A stretch of DNA of 63,942 bases, filler included, from Choristocarpus tenellus KU-1152 (GCA_964200185.2; 10 parts of 10 records of this genome joined end to end with filler, not necessarily neighbours in it); one strand, 5' to 3'. Numbered from the whole stretch's first letter, positions 51,404 to 63,874 are shown. Numbers and translations are program-made. The notes: generated by a model from the sequence alone, not told the origin.

Positions 51404-53301
51404 AATATCATTTTATTGAATAGGGAAAGGTGATGGCCTGGGGAGGCATGTATGTGATGAGTGTTGTAAGTGCTTTACTGACATTAGTAGACCTATGAAC
51501 TCCAACATGACAGACATTTTCGTGAGTTGGACACCAGGTATATTGGATAACGTAATTCCTACTTTGGTCAGTAATTGATGTTTTGTTCACTGTACTTCTG
51601 TACTGGCATGGGCTTTTACGTCTCTAGTCCGAGATGATAGGTTTCGCAAGTTGGACAGGAAAAACATCAGACATTTTGATAAACTATTGATAAAGAATAC
51701 CCTGCTTTGCTTAGAGGTTGATCAATTTCCTGTTGACTGAATTGTTTGTAGCAGAACAATCACTATTTAAGAAGTGGTCAAAAGGAGATGCACCCTCTCA
51801 TTTATTTGAATCAAAGTGGCATAAGATTGAGGTATGCGTTATTCTTGATGGCTCTTCACATACACATTTTGAAACTTCCTTGTGGATTCTGTACATGATG
51901 CATTGCAGAGAAGTGGGTTGGGAGGTGACAAGCTCTGTAGACACTTAGGAGAAAGTAAATCCTGGATGACCAGTCCCAGTCATTAGCATCCAGCGATATG
52001 TACAATTTTGTGTCTGCCATTAGGGGAATGCCCAAATACCACCTAAGCATTCTTCACCTTTTTTGCCGTACATGACGAAATATTTCACTGCTACCCTGAC
52101 AATACATACTGTATTTTCGTGAGTTTTGTATCACTCTTAAAAGCACATCCTTTGTGAAATGTGCCTTTTCTCCCTCTGACGCAAGTGTATTAGAATCAGT
52201 ATGTCATTACCTGGTGAAAAAGGATCTGAGTCCTTCAAAATTCCCTGAATAAATTTTCAGAGGCCTACCTTGCTTTGTGTTTCATTTGTGAAAATATCAC
52301 AAATGGCTTACCGGAATTATTCATACATATTGAATCAAATATTGCAAGGTTAGGCAAGGGGTTTTATGTTACACTTCGTGGATTTTAAGTCAGACAGGTG
52401 TACACCCTACGGGCGACCCAGCAATCCAAACCGAGAGGGGTATGATCTTGCTCTTCACTTAATAGAGCCACATACACAATAGTTCCAATTTGCAACAAAT
52501 GACTTACTATTTTGGTTGCATACTCTACTCTATGGTGGTATGGAATGTCACCTAGCTTTCACACCCCCCTTTAATGTACAGATGTGAGATCCATTGTACC
52601 TGAAACATTATTTCAATCCCTTCCCTCTACAATTGTTTCCCGTCCTGAGGTCCTTATATATTGACATGGCAAATATAAATACGGCGTTGCATATCTCAGA
52701 TTACGTTAGTTTTGCCACATAAGACACATGCAAGATTGGAGGGTTGAATGGTGAAGTGTCATGTACTTGAGAGAGTAAAACAAGAAGAATGTGTGCTCAG
52801 ACCTCGTATCAAGCAATGCAAAAGGGGTTTTGGAAATTTTGGGAGGCAGATTCGGGGGTGCCCATTAGCAATTGATTGACACAACTTGGTGCCTTCAGAG
52901 TGGTGTTACCAGGACTAGAGACTGTGATGCACAAGCAGTATCTATCATAGGTACACAGGACACAGTTATCGTAACTCACCTTGAGTGTTTCCATCTGTAC
53001 TACAAAACATTTCAAATTCCCGGAAAACAGGGATTCTAATGCCTGTTTTTCAGAGAGATTTTCATATTCTACATGGCTGCATAGCTTGTTGAAGACCCAA
53101 CAAGTTATATTTATTAAGATGCTGAGGTAGCAACACCCACATATGTTCACCATTCTTAGGCTTCTGGTGAGGCTATCCTGTGTTTTTCACATGCTGTTTC
53201 ATTTAACAAAAACATACAAATGGACCTTTATTAGGACTTTAAATGGTATGCCCTTTCAATCTTGACACCTCTTCTAGTACCTGTGCTGGGTCTAATGGCA
53301 T

Positions 53302-56300
53302 TCATTTGTCCTTTCTGTCACAGTTCCTTCCCTCATCCGACCTTCTATGCTGACTCTGACTTCCCTTTCTAGTCTTGCTCCAGCTTCTATTCCGCTGGAC
53401 TTGGTCCCGATCCCGGTCCCGGTCCCAGTTGCGGTCCCTGCTTCTGCTCCGGCTCTGGTCCTTACTGGCCTCTCTTCTCCTGGTACCGCTGCCCCCCCCT
53501 TTCATACTGACTGAGTAATCATTACTCCTCAGCGAACTACCCCTATCTCTTTCCTGCCCCCAACCATTCTTCTCACCTCCCCTCCTGCACCCCCTGCCCC
53601 CATCCTCATCAAGACCTCTTCTGGTACCAGCTTGTGTGCCAAATGAGAATCCTCCTCTTTGCTGCTGCTCGTAGTCATCATTACTAAAACCATGCCTCCG
53701 TCTCCTGTACCCTCCCTGCACCTGCACCCCGCCCCCTCTACCAATGTCAGCCCTATTGTGATACTGGGGAAGCGACCTAGATCGCGAACGCCCATGCCTA
53801 GATGAGCACACCTCAGGACGGTTGTTGCCCTTGCCTCCCTCCTGACCGTACTTGTCTGGAGAGGAGACTCTCTTATCACCACCGCCATGATGCCTCCTGG
53901 AAGACCCTGCGTCAAGATCCGACCCTAACGCTGAAATACTGCCACTGCTACAGCTGTCACTCCTGCTCTCTGGGGATGCACTATGCCGCTGCCTCTTTCG
54001 CCACTGTTGCTCTGGCAACTCCTCTCCCCGCCCTATTATCCTCCCTAGGTTACGGACCTCACTGTTCCTACGATGAGGGTTCACGCCAGTCCCTTGATTC
54101 CCTGGAGTATTCTCGCTTGCCCCATTTTGAGCCAAGGTCGTCACAGTCCGTTCCACAGTAGAGCTTGCCCCTCTCTGACCCTCGTCGGTCCTCTTCTTGC
54201 GATCCCTCTCTTTGTTCTTGGCTTCCTTCTTCATATTTTTCTTCTTCTTTTTTTCCTGCTTCTTCTGTTCTTTCTTAGAACTCTTCTTTTCCTCCTTTGC
54301 CCTCCTGCGTTCTGAACGGGACATTGCCGACCCCACTTCCACCTGGCCCCTACCTCCCTGTGAAAAGGGAGGCTCCTTGGATGGATCCACAATCTCCACC
54401 AAGTTGGACTCTGTGAGGCAATCACGGACAGACAGAAAAATAGGCCGCAACAACGGAAGAGAGCACAATGACTGCCATTAGACGTGTGCCTGTTGTCCCG
54501 AGCAATGGGGGTACATGGTTGATACCAAACAGATGCGTTAACAGTCTGCTTGAGCAACACCGTGTCTGTCCGGAATGCCAGCATCTGGAATATTTCTTGA
54601 TTAATTCAGTATTCAAACAGAATACATATAAACATACACACACACACATACACACACATGCATACCATTTAAGTCAGCCTCCCCCTTCTCCTGTGCAAGT
54701 GCAGTTCGCTGCAACTCCCTCTCCTTGAGGGTAAGCTTTGGCAGGTGGTCATGCACTTTGGCACTGTCACCAGACAAGTAAATACCCACAAAGATTTTTG
54801 TACAGGAAAGAACCACGTAAAGGGGAGAAGGGGGGACACAGAGGAACAGGGCTTGAGAGAGGGGGCATTGAAGAGTGGGCTGCAATAAGGTCTTATTTAC
54901 TCCTTCATTTAGGATGTTCAATACACTACAACTGTTATAATGAACCACAAAGTGTCCCCTTTAGATATTCCGCAAGAGTTAAATCTTTGAAAATAACTTC
55001 GTCAAAGAGTACGTAACGGGGCTACATACACAAAACTTCAGAAAAATATGCTGTCTTACTATTAGTATTATCAATCATTAAACGCACCAGTATGTGGGGG
55101 TACTGACAAAGGGGCAAAGGGCACAGGACGCAAGATACCCATTTCACGCACATACATTCAGCTACAGTAGTTGTTCAAAACAGGAGGGAACACAATCTAA
55201 GAAAGCAAGTTACATGCCTAGGGTACATAGACATCACAATACACAAGGACTATGATACACATGCAGATCATTTCCATCGTTTTGGGAGTATCTACTCACG
55301 GGGCAGCACCAAGACCAGAGATTCGTTCATCATGCATCCCGTCCTCTCCCACTGTGGCACCCTTTTCCAGCAGCTGTTTCAGATCAGCCTTGCTTAGATC
55401 ATTCCCTCTTGAAACAACTGCTCGGGGTGCCAGTCCTCTGTTGTAAGCAGGGACCGGATTTCGATTCAGGTGATGCTTGGTTGCGTATGTACGCAGTACT
55501 CGAAATTTTAAAACGTTAGAGGGTGGAGAGATTCTGGACAGAAATTACGACAAGGTTGGCATGGTGCTAAATTTCAAGTCTATGCAGGGTTTGCAATAGC
55601 AACAGCACGGAGGGTGCGTAGAGAATTCGAGCAAGTATACACGAGGCAAAATTTTGCTGTCCAGGAAGGTTTAGAAGGGAGTGTTAGTAGTAGGCATGGC
55701 CTGCGTTTGCTCATACACAGGGAAAATCAGTCCTGTATTGTCAGGCCTACGAGTATCACCTACAGTAATAGCTCTACAGTTGTTGTTCGGGGCGGGAGTA
55801 CGTATCAACTCACAACAAAATGCCAAGTCATGTAGAGGTCAATCTTTACTCACAGGGCCTGGTTAAGAAGGTCATCATCCTGCTGCCTAATCCTAGCCAT
55901 TTCCGCTTCTGCTTGAGCTCGTGCGGCCTCTGCTCCACCTGTGGTTTCCTTCTTGTTCCACCATTTGAGATCTTTCCCTATGAGGCATTGGGTGGGGTTA
56001 GGATGGACGCGGGGTGTGACATTAACTGAGGAAATCAGCTATCATAACTTTGGTCACAACGTTTGACATTCTCAAGGAGTAGTTGAAAACTACAAGCATT
56101 TACACTTGGTAGGTAGATACATCCCATGTAAATCTCCTCTAAAAATTAAGATTTGCTCTTCGATGTTGAAGGTACTACATCGAGAAAAGACTCCTACGTT
56201 CAACTCAGAGTAAAGCGGCTTCATCGACAGTCCTCTTATCTGCCATAGGCAAATCGTAAAAATGCCTGTATTAGAAAATGAACGGAATTTAAGATAGCGG

Positions 56301-56516
56301 CAATCATCTCAACCTAAGAATACTTTTTTCAACTAACTTAATGGGTTGGCATGTAGACATGGGTTTCCATTCCTCACCCCTTTGCCAACGACCCACAGGT
56401 GCTTGCAAGCTATGTCCTAGGTAGTTCTCGCGGTAGTTGTCACTCTTTACATCCTCCCACTTGAATTGGTCCTGACCCCCACGCGTTCCACCAATACGGT
56501 AGGCTGATTTGGACAT
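53302..56516 (-). CDS. MMTAG2: MMTAG2 (C1orf35) homolog with long Lys-rich and RS/RD-rich tail, complete
   Basis: Exons 56516-56378, 55977-55854, 55437-55300, 54763-54666, 54410-53302 with consistent phases (1,2,2,1). [38 protein letters not shown] is the MMtag domain. Confidence 0.93.
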
Positions 56517-57530
56517 TTGACGCAACTTCGCAACGAACAACAAAATGGCCCCCTTGTTATTGAAGGTCACCAAGAACCCAGGTGCATTCGTGGACGCGTA
56601 AGGAATCTCAATCAGGGGTCTACCAGTAACGCTGTAGAACTATCTTGTACAAGCTACAAGTACGGTTCTTCGTGTACAAGAGGCAGTCCAACACTTCCCT
56701 ACAATGAGAGGTGTCTTAAGGTCCCAACAACTCGACGAGTACTATCAATATTATAATATTTTAAAGCGTTGTTAGACTGTAAATATCACACAGAAATGTT
56801 GTATACAAACAAACGTAGTTCCTCTGTCAAGTCTGAAACAGTAAACCCTGAACTCTCAATGGCATCTTCTATCTAGAGGTGCTATGACATATTTCAATAC
56901 GCCACAGTTTTCATCTGAGTACTCAAGTGCGCTTGACCACCGAGGCTTGTTCAGCTTCCTGTAACGCGCGAGTGTGGGGTAGGGACTGTGTGCTTCTTGT
57001 ACTGTTTGCTTCGTTTCTTTCAACATTGGACACATGAAAAAGCAAGTCGTGGGAGGTTCCCTAGCAGCGATTTTTGTCCTTTCCCGGACTGTCTTAGCCT
57101 TCTCCTTCTTAACTGTTCCTGTGAGTGGGGGCTCCGGACCGTCTCCGTCCTCCTCTTCCTCTTCCTCTGTCCAGCGGTGAGGAAGGACTGGTCTGGTAAT
57201 TATACACCATCGCTTCGAGAGACTCCCGTCTTGTTATCCCCTTGCTTGCTTATTGCTTCTTCGCCCAGGGGATCCTGTAGCGTATACATATTTTTTGGGG
57301 TTTCTGGTCTAAATAATAGCGGAGCATAGATTCCAATGCACGGCTAAATCTTGCTCCAGGTCTATCTTTGATCATGATATCAAACACAACACTGTATCCC
57401 ACTTCGTGGAGTGGTCTTTCATGTTCACATTTAAATGCGATGTCGTATGGAATGAACATCTTGTATGATTTATTTCTCGGGGACTCCAATTGTTACTGCA
57501 AGTGAGAGCAGGTCCAAAATGGTGCCTTGG

Positions 57531-58158
57531 ATGGGACAGAGCTTCAACTCGAAAGCGGTGGCTACCCTGGGAAGGTGGGTTGATACCTTCTCCCGGGTTG
57601 AACCGATACCTACTGGTACCTTGCAAACCTCGTGATCTCTTGTTATCGTGTTGCGGTCAATGAACGCTTTAGAGGAGAGAACGCGCCAAATGATGGTGGT
57701 CCTTAAATCTTTTCAGTCATAGACGTTTGTTTCGAGTCCTACAGCTGATGACGCCCCTGTAACTAGTGGGACGTAATCAGTTGTAGGTAGAAGTGTATGT
57801 GGGGGGACGACTGCATGCATAGAAATACAAGTATGGATACAGACACTGCAAAACGCTTGTCTAGAGAGATCTGTATACCGAAAGAGGAAGCTGTCCCTAC
57901 AAGACAGCCCCTCCTCGCCGCGACACTAATCTTAACGCACATAGCGTTAACCCCTGAGGCGAATAACCGTAGACATGTTATACGTTAATGTAATTATCAA
58001 ATTCCTCTCCCCACGCCCCCGCCCCCACCCCTTGGTGTGCGTGCAGGGTTTTGTGGCAACCATCGCTTGCAGTACCCCACCTATCCCTTCCTCATATTGG
58101 AGATCTGGACTTTGCCGCCCTACGTGCTCTAGGATGCAGGGGTGTCGTATTTGATAAG
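57531..58158 (+). CDS. GEP4: HAD-family phosphatidylglycerophosphatase (GEP4/YqeG type), 5' part
   Basis: Exons 57531 (or 57519)-57574 and 58047-58158: MGQSFNSKAVATLGRVLWQPSLAVPHLSLPHIGDLDFAALRALGCRGVVFDK, ending inside the expected FDKDNT motif at a GC donor. Confidence 0.85.
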
Positions 58159-58559
58159 GCAAGCTTGATAGCCCTGACCACGTTTTCGGTTGCATGCCTC
58201 AAGGTTGTGTACCTGTTCCTATTAACAACGGATAGTAAAATGTGTTTTTCTTTGTGTCCACTTCTTTCACGAGAAGTCTGATTGACGCTCTATCCATCGA
58301 TTTTCTGCATATGATACCCCCCACCTGTTTTTTTTATTAGTTAGTTGCTTCTTGGCACATCTTACATCCCCCTTTGGGAGGGCAGGAACTACGGCCATGA
58401 CAGCCCTATGGNNNNNNNNNNNNNNNNNNNNNNNNNNNNNNNNNNNNNNNNNNNNTTAATTAATTAANNNNNNNNNNNNNNNNNNNNNNNNNNNNNNNNN
58501 NNNNNNNNNNNACCTGTGCCCCCAGCCAACCAGAATTCTCCCGCCCACAAAACTCAGTT

Positions 58560-60536
58560 TACTTCATAAACTCTCACTTTTTTTTGGTAAGGTTAGATTT
58601 TAGGCGAATAGTTTCGGCACAACCTTGGAAATGTTCCGGAATGAATTATCACGACCAAACATTTTTTCCGAAACACTTCCTTTGGACCAGTGATAGCTTA
58701 GATCCAGAGCTTTCATTTGACATGCTCATTGTCGTTTAACTCCTTGGGCAACCCTTTCAAAGAAATCAAGACTAATCACCACCAAAATGGTACGTGGGCT
58801 AACCTCGGCTTAATACTACTTAAGCCACTTCAGAGCAATTATGGAGATGTTCTTCAGGATGAGTGTTGCTTACCACCTGATATATTCCAACGAGAAAGGC
58901 GTGGAGTGCACCAAATTGGAGAGGGTATACATGACATTTAAGTCTCACAGGAGGCCTGCGCCTTCAGAATACCTCGTATGACTTGGCATGGATTGTCTGG
59001 TTCAGAGGCCTGGGCCNNNNNNNNNNCTGGGCCCCCATGAGTGAGCCTTAGCCAGCAGGTGACAACATCGCATAAACGGGAAATAATGGAAAGAGAATGG
59101 AGAGACAACAACGCCCATGTTCTCCGGGCGAAGATGACCTCATCAGGCGCCAATTCATCCTTAAATGCGCTGTTCGCACCCGCCGCATGGCACCTTCGGG
59201 CGCGCCGTGCGCGCGGACTACTTGATTTAAGTATGGTCCTGTTTTTCTAACGATTATTGAAAGTTGACCAACCGAGACCCATCAAATAAGGTTAAGCATG
59301 CTGATGCAATCAAAACAAACGAATTTTCATGAAAAAAATCGCTCTTGATCAAAAGTTATGGCATGACAAAGTTGATGCAGGAGGCGAGTGCCAACACTAT
59401 ATGTGTTGGCACTCACCTCTAGGATGAGACCAATCTTGATTTTTTTTTAAGGGTTGCCCAACGAGTTAATCACCAATGAGCGTATCAAATGAAAGCTCTG
59501 GATCTAAGCTATCACTGGTGCCAAGGAATGTTTTCGGAAATGATTTTGGTAAGGTTAAATGTTAACCGAATGTTTTTGGCACAGCCTTGGAAATGCTCCG
59601 GTATGAATGATCACGACCAAACATACTGTTCCGAAAGAATTCCTTTGCACTACTGATAGCTCAGATCCAGAGCTTTATTTGGATATGCTGATCGTCGATT
59701 AACTCGTTGAGCAACCCTCTTAAACAAATCAAGATTGGTCATCGCCAAAACGGTACATGAGCTAACCTCGGCTTAATACTGTTTAAGCCACTCACAGGAC
59801 ACGATTCTGGTTGAGCATCTTGGAAGACACTGCTTGGTGCTTCCAAAGTACCACTGTGAATTGAACCCGATAAAGATGGTGTGGGGGCGGGCGAAGCACT
59901 GTGTATGAGGGCACTGTGACTACACGTTGCCTGGGATGAGAGCCAACATTCCTGTCAAGTCGTAAGGAGGAAGGGGTGGTGTTCAGAGTAATTGTGGAGA
60001 AGTTCTTCAGGTTGAGCACTGCTTACCACCTGATATATTCCAACGAGAAAGGCATGGAGTGCACCAAATTGGAGAGGGTAAACAAGACACTCAAGTCTCA
60101 CAGGGGGCCCGCACCTTCAGAATACCTCATTTGACTTGCATGGAATGTCTGGTTCAGAAGCCTAGGCCAGCATTAGTGAGTTGTAGCCAGCAGGTGACAA
60201 CATCGCATAAACGGGAAATAATGGAAAGAGAATGGAGAGACAACAACGCCCATGTTCTCCGGGCAAAGATGACCTCTTCAGGCGTCAAAACCATCCTTAA
60301 ATGTGCTATTCGCGTGTGCCACGTGGCACCCCCCCGTGCAAACCGTGCGCAGGGACTACTTGATATAAGTATGATACTGTTTTTCTCACGATTACTGTAA
60401 GTTGGTCAACCGAGACCCATCAAATAAGGTTATGCATGCTGATGCAATTATAACAAATGAATTTTCATGAAAAAAAATGTTGTTGATCAATAGTTATGGC
60501 ACGACAAAGTTGATGCAGGAGGCGACTGCCAACAGT
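58560..60536. mobile_element. Two tandem copies of a ~1.1-kb non-coding TIR element with internal inverted repeat
   Basis: 58840-59397 matches 59990-60534 and 58580-58830 matches 59540-59790. Termini TGTTGGCACTC(A/G)CCTC / GAGGCGA(G/C)TGCCAACA; internal inverted arms about 59427-59540 and 59627-59742. Confidence 0.8.
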
Positions 60537-60619
60537 GTGTAAGATATCACAAGGCCCTCCAGAAAACAGCATTCGTTTTTTATTCGTCATTTTTCCTTTT
60601 TTTGAAGAAAGTGTTATCA

Positions 60620-60690
60620 TATTGGGGTTCGAACCCAGGATTGTAGGTCACCAAGAGTGGGAACAGATGTATTATTACTTGATTAAAGTA
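60620..60690 (-). repeat. Degenerate tRNA-derived (SINE-head-like) sequence
   Basis: B box GGGTTCGAACCCC with a weak A-box-like segment upstream; no cloverleaf. Confidence 0.3.
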
Positions 60691-61239
60691 TACCTGGTTA
60701 GACCTAACCCTAAACACCAGCCAAGCGAACGATCCAAAGAATTAATGCTAAGTGCAAATGTAACTCTTGTCTCCATCTGCCACCAGGAATTCCGAATGTG
60801 CTGGGCGCCTAAGAGACTTGTAACCTCTTGTCGGCTTCTGGTCCAGTGGCAGCCATCTTGAAGTAGACAAGATGGTGCGTGTATGCCTTCTTGCAGTATT
60901 TCTACATGAGTTAAACAGCCTGCCTATTCTCAGCTGGTTTCAAGATCAAAGGGAAAAAAAATTGGAGTCTGTCCAAAGAATAGGTACAATGCTGTCGTAG
61001 CCAGTGCTTTGCTCGACCTCACACGAGCTCAATGGGAGCATTAGGCACATCCCTTAACCGAACAGAATGAATAATAGATGGGGAGTAACCCTTGACCAAC
61101 TTTATACGACCAAAGTAACTGGGGAGGGAGGTGTCGGNNNNNNNNNNNNNNNNNNNNNNNNNNNNNNNNNNNNNNNNNNNNTTAATTAATTAANNNNNNN
61201 NNNNNNNNNNNNNNNNNNNNNNNNNNNNNNNNNNNNNTG

Positions 61240-61632
61240 AAATCAACTTTCTTTGATCCTCGGGCGATCGGTGGGACCACCCTTTCGATCCCACCGACCC
61301 TGAAATCCGTGCGTTACATTTTTCAGAAGTTGTAAATCAGATTATATCCGTGATTTCTATTTTTAACAATTCCAATTATATCAGTGTATTTTTTATGATA
61401 CCAAGCACATAATTAATTGTTATTGTACATTTCCAATGTTCCAAAATCAACTTTGTTTCATCCTCGGGCGATCGGTGGGACCACCCTTTCGATCCCACCA
61501 ATCCTGAAAATTCGTGCGTTACACATTTCAGAAATTGTAAATCAGATTATATCCGTGATTTCTATTTCTAAAAAATATAATTATATCAGTAGTGATTTGT
61601 ATTTTTCAAGATACCAATCACATACTAAATTT
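61240..61632. repeat. Tandem ~203-bp unit x2 with internal hairpin
   Basis: AAATCAACTTT..ATCCTCGGGCGATCGGTGGGACCACCCTTTCGATCCCACC.. at about 61240 and 61444; TCGGTGGGA/TCCCACCGA stem. Confidence 0.9.
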
Positions 61633-61715
61633 NNNNNNNNACAGTAACCAAAACGTCAAAAAACAACCCCAACCCTCTATGTCTTTGACGTACAAAATCT
61701 TACCGAATCGGACAT

Positions 61716-62248
61716 GAGTGAAAGTATCTTAGAGGGTACGATTTTTGCCCTGTTTGTCCGTTTGGGGCTTGGCTTCCCACGTTTTAAAGACATTTTCCTA
61801 CTCCGAAATATTTTAGAGTAGGTGAAATATTTATGTTATGCAAAGGTGTGTATGGAACAAGGATATTGACACTTCCTAACATACACAACAGCCAAAATTT
61901 AATCAAAATCGCAACATTGGATTTTGCCCCAAACAGACAACAAACAGAGAGCCAGAGTATCTTAGAAGGTAGAGTCGCGTCCATTAGGGGCCAAAATCCA
62001 ACATTGCGATTTGGACATAATTTTGGTCATATCTTGTTTGTTAGGAAGTATCAATGTCCATGTTTTGGACACACCTTTTCATAACCTTTACATTTTACCT
62101 ACTACTCCAAAACATTTTGGAGTAGGAAAGTGTCACAAAAAACCCCACGGGAAGCCAAGCCTCAAATAATGGAGAAACAGGGTAAAACGCGTACCCTCTA
62201 AGATACTTTCACTCAGACTCGACCCTAACCTCTAAGATACTTTGAATC
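61716..62248. mobile_element. MITE family 1 host copy with a nested opposite-orientation copy (61949-62214)
   Basis: Outer copy flanked by ACAT/ACAT; inner GAGCC...TTCACTC copy flanked by AGA/AGA; the outer right TIR resumes after 62214. Confidence 0.88.
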
Positions 62249-63062
62249 ACATAGCGATTGTCATAAATGTACAAGTCGATAATAAGTGACTCTTAGAGAA
62301 AACGTGGTTGCCACAAACCACTTTTTCTCCTTAGGCCACTTTACACGTGCGTTAGGGTTTTTAAAAATACTAAATCCACTGAAAACCGTGCTTAGTTTTT
62401 TTTTAAATACCAAGAACGCACTTTAGGGGTCTCACACGTTTCCAACTTTCAGAAAACCTAAGAAGTCATTCCAACTGGTATCCACTATTTAAATAAACCT
62501 TAAATCCACTTCTTGGTGTCTTTAGGGTTTAAATAAATACTAGATAACATAAAAAAAGCGGATCTATCTTATTCCTGGTCACTGGTAAACACTTTTACCA
62601 TTGAACACTCAGAACACGTGCGTTAGGGTTTTTCCAAAAGTAGAATGTTATTCTAATCTTTACACCAAGAAATACAGATACAAGCCACATCCTTCATTGA
62701 TCAAATACGTTCAAAACGTGATAGGCCGAAAAGGTCACGAAAATAAAGACACCCTCTTTCCCAGTTCAATATGAAATCCTATGCTGTTTGATATTCGTAT
62801 TTTTGTAACGCAATTCTCATAATAAATGTGCAATCTGAGTTTTGAGGATCTAAAGGTCAGACGACATAAAACAGAACCTTCCATCCCTCAGTACTCATTT
62901 CAATTCATTCCCTTCCATAGATACCAAGCAGACCTCTTACTTACCCATCCCCATCACACCCTCCCAATCTTTGCCACGTTGAACATTCCAAGAACAACAA
63001 CCCACCCGCCCGCCGATGGGAAAAGTTTGGAATCCAGAACGCAGGACCTACCCCGTACTGGC

Positions 63063-63874
63063 ATGTCCCAGCTATTGGATAAACATTATCTGGGGTCATA
63101 CAAGATGAAACTAGGACACATCGCATGCACAGATATGGTGCGTCCTTTTAGCGAGCGTGGCCTTGCGCGGATTCATAAGTCTATAAAGGAGAAAGGCTGG
63201 CTGGATCAGTTTGCTCCAAGTGTTGTCATCCAGCGAGAAAGGTTAGGTAATATGGATGAGCTAAACGACGAAACTGCGCTTGCCATTGAAGGGCGTGTAT
63301 TGGACGGAAACCATAGAGTAACGGTGCTGAAGAGAGTGTTTAATCCCGAGCACACTTTCACCATGCGGATCTACATGGAGTTCGAGCAATCGGAAGAGAG
63401 GCTAATTGCCAACGGTGGGTGATGGACTGTTTTCGTTGTTCCATAATCGCCTGACCGTTCTGATCAACCAAGCACCAAAGTAATGTAGTGTTTTCGTTGT
63501 TCCGTGATCGCCTGATGACTATTCTGATATACGAAGTTGTTGTCGAGTTTCCCTTGCTATGTTCATTGTCAGTCAGCCCATTGTGGATATTTCCGTTGCT
63601 CATCTTTTTTATCCCTCGTGGTTTTCCTGTCCACAGCAACATGTTTCTCGGTGCCGCAGGCCGCGTGTGTCCCGCGATCGCTCCCCACCTAACCCTTGTC
63701 CCGTTTGCCAACTGCACCGTCATGCTTATAGCATTCAATGACACGACAGAGAGTGTGGTTGAGCGCACGTTATACGATAAGATATACTTTCAGCACAAGC
63801 TCCAAGAAGCTATCAAGCGACAGAGGAAGAAGAAAGAAATGTCACTAGGAGATATCCACAAAATGTACCAAAAG
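63063..63874 (+). CDS. ParB/sulfiredoxin-like domain protein, intron-containing, 3'-partial
   Basis: Exons 63063-63414 and 63732-63874 (phase 1): VRPFSERGLARIHKSIKEKGWLDQFAPSVV...RVLDGNHRVTVLK...EERLIANAFN...RTLYDKIYFQHKL...MSLGDIHKMY. This is the R..S...L..SI...G....P..V...DGxHR layout of the ParB-N fold. Confidence 0.8.

Noticed and set aside
57250-57459. Spliced 26-aa micro-ORF MFIPYDIAFKCEHERPLHE|DPWAKKQ on the minus strand
   Set aside because: Splice sites are plausible, but the ATG is only ~60-70 bp from the GEP4 ATG and no family is recognised; likely chance.
7066-61237. Recurrent TTAATTAATTAA as a biological repeat or TTAA target site
   Set aside because: Always centred in an identical 100-nt N spacer; a six-frame-stop concatenation linker.
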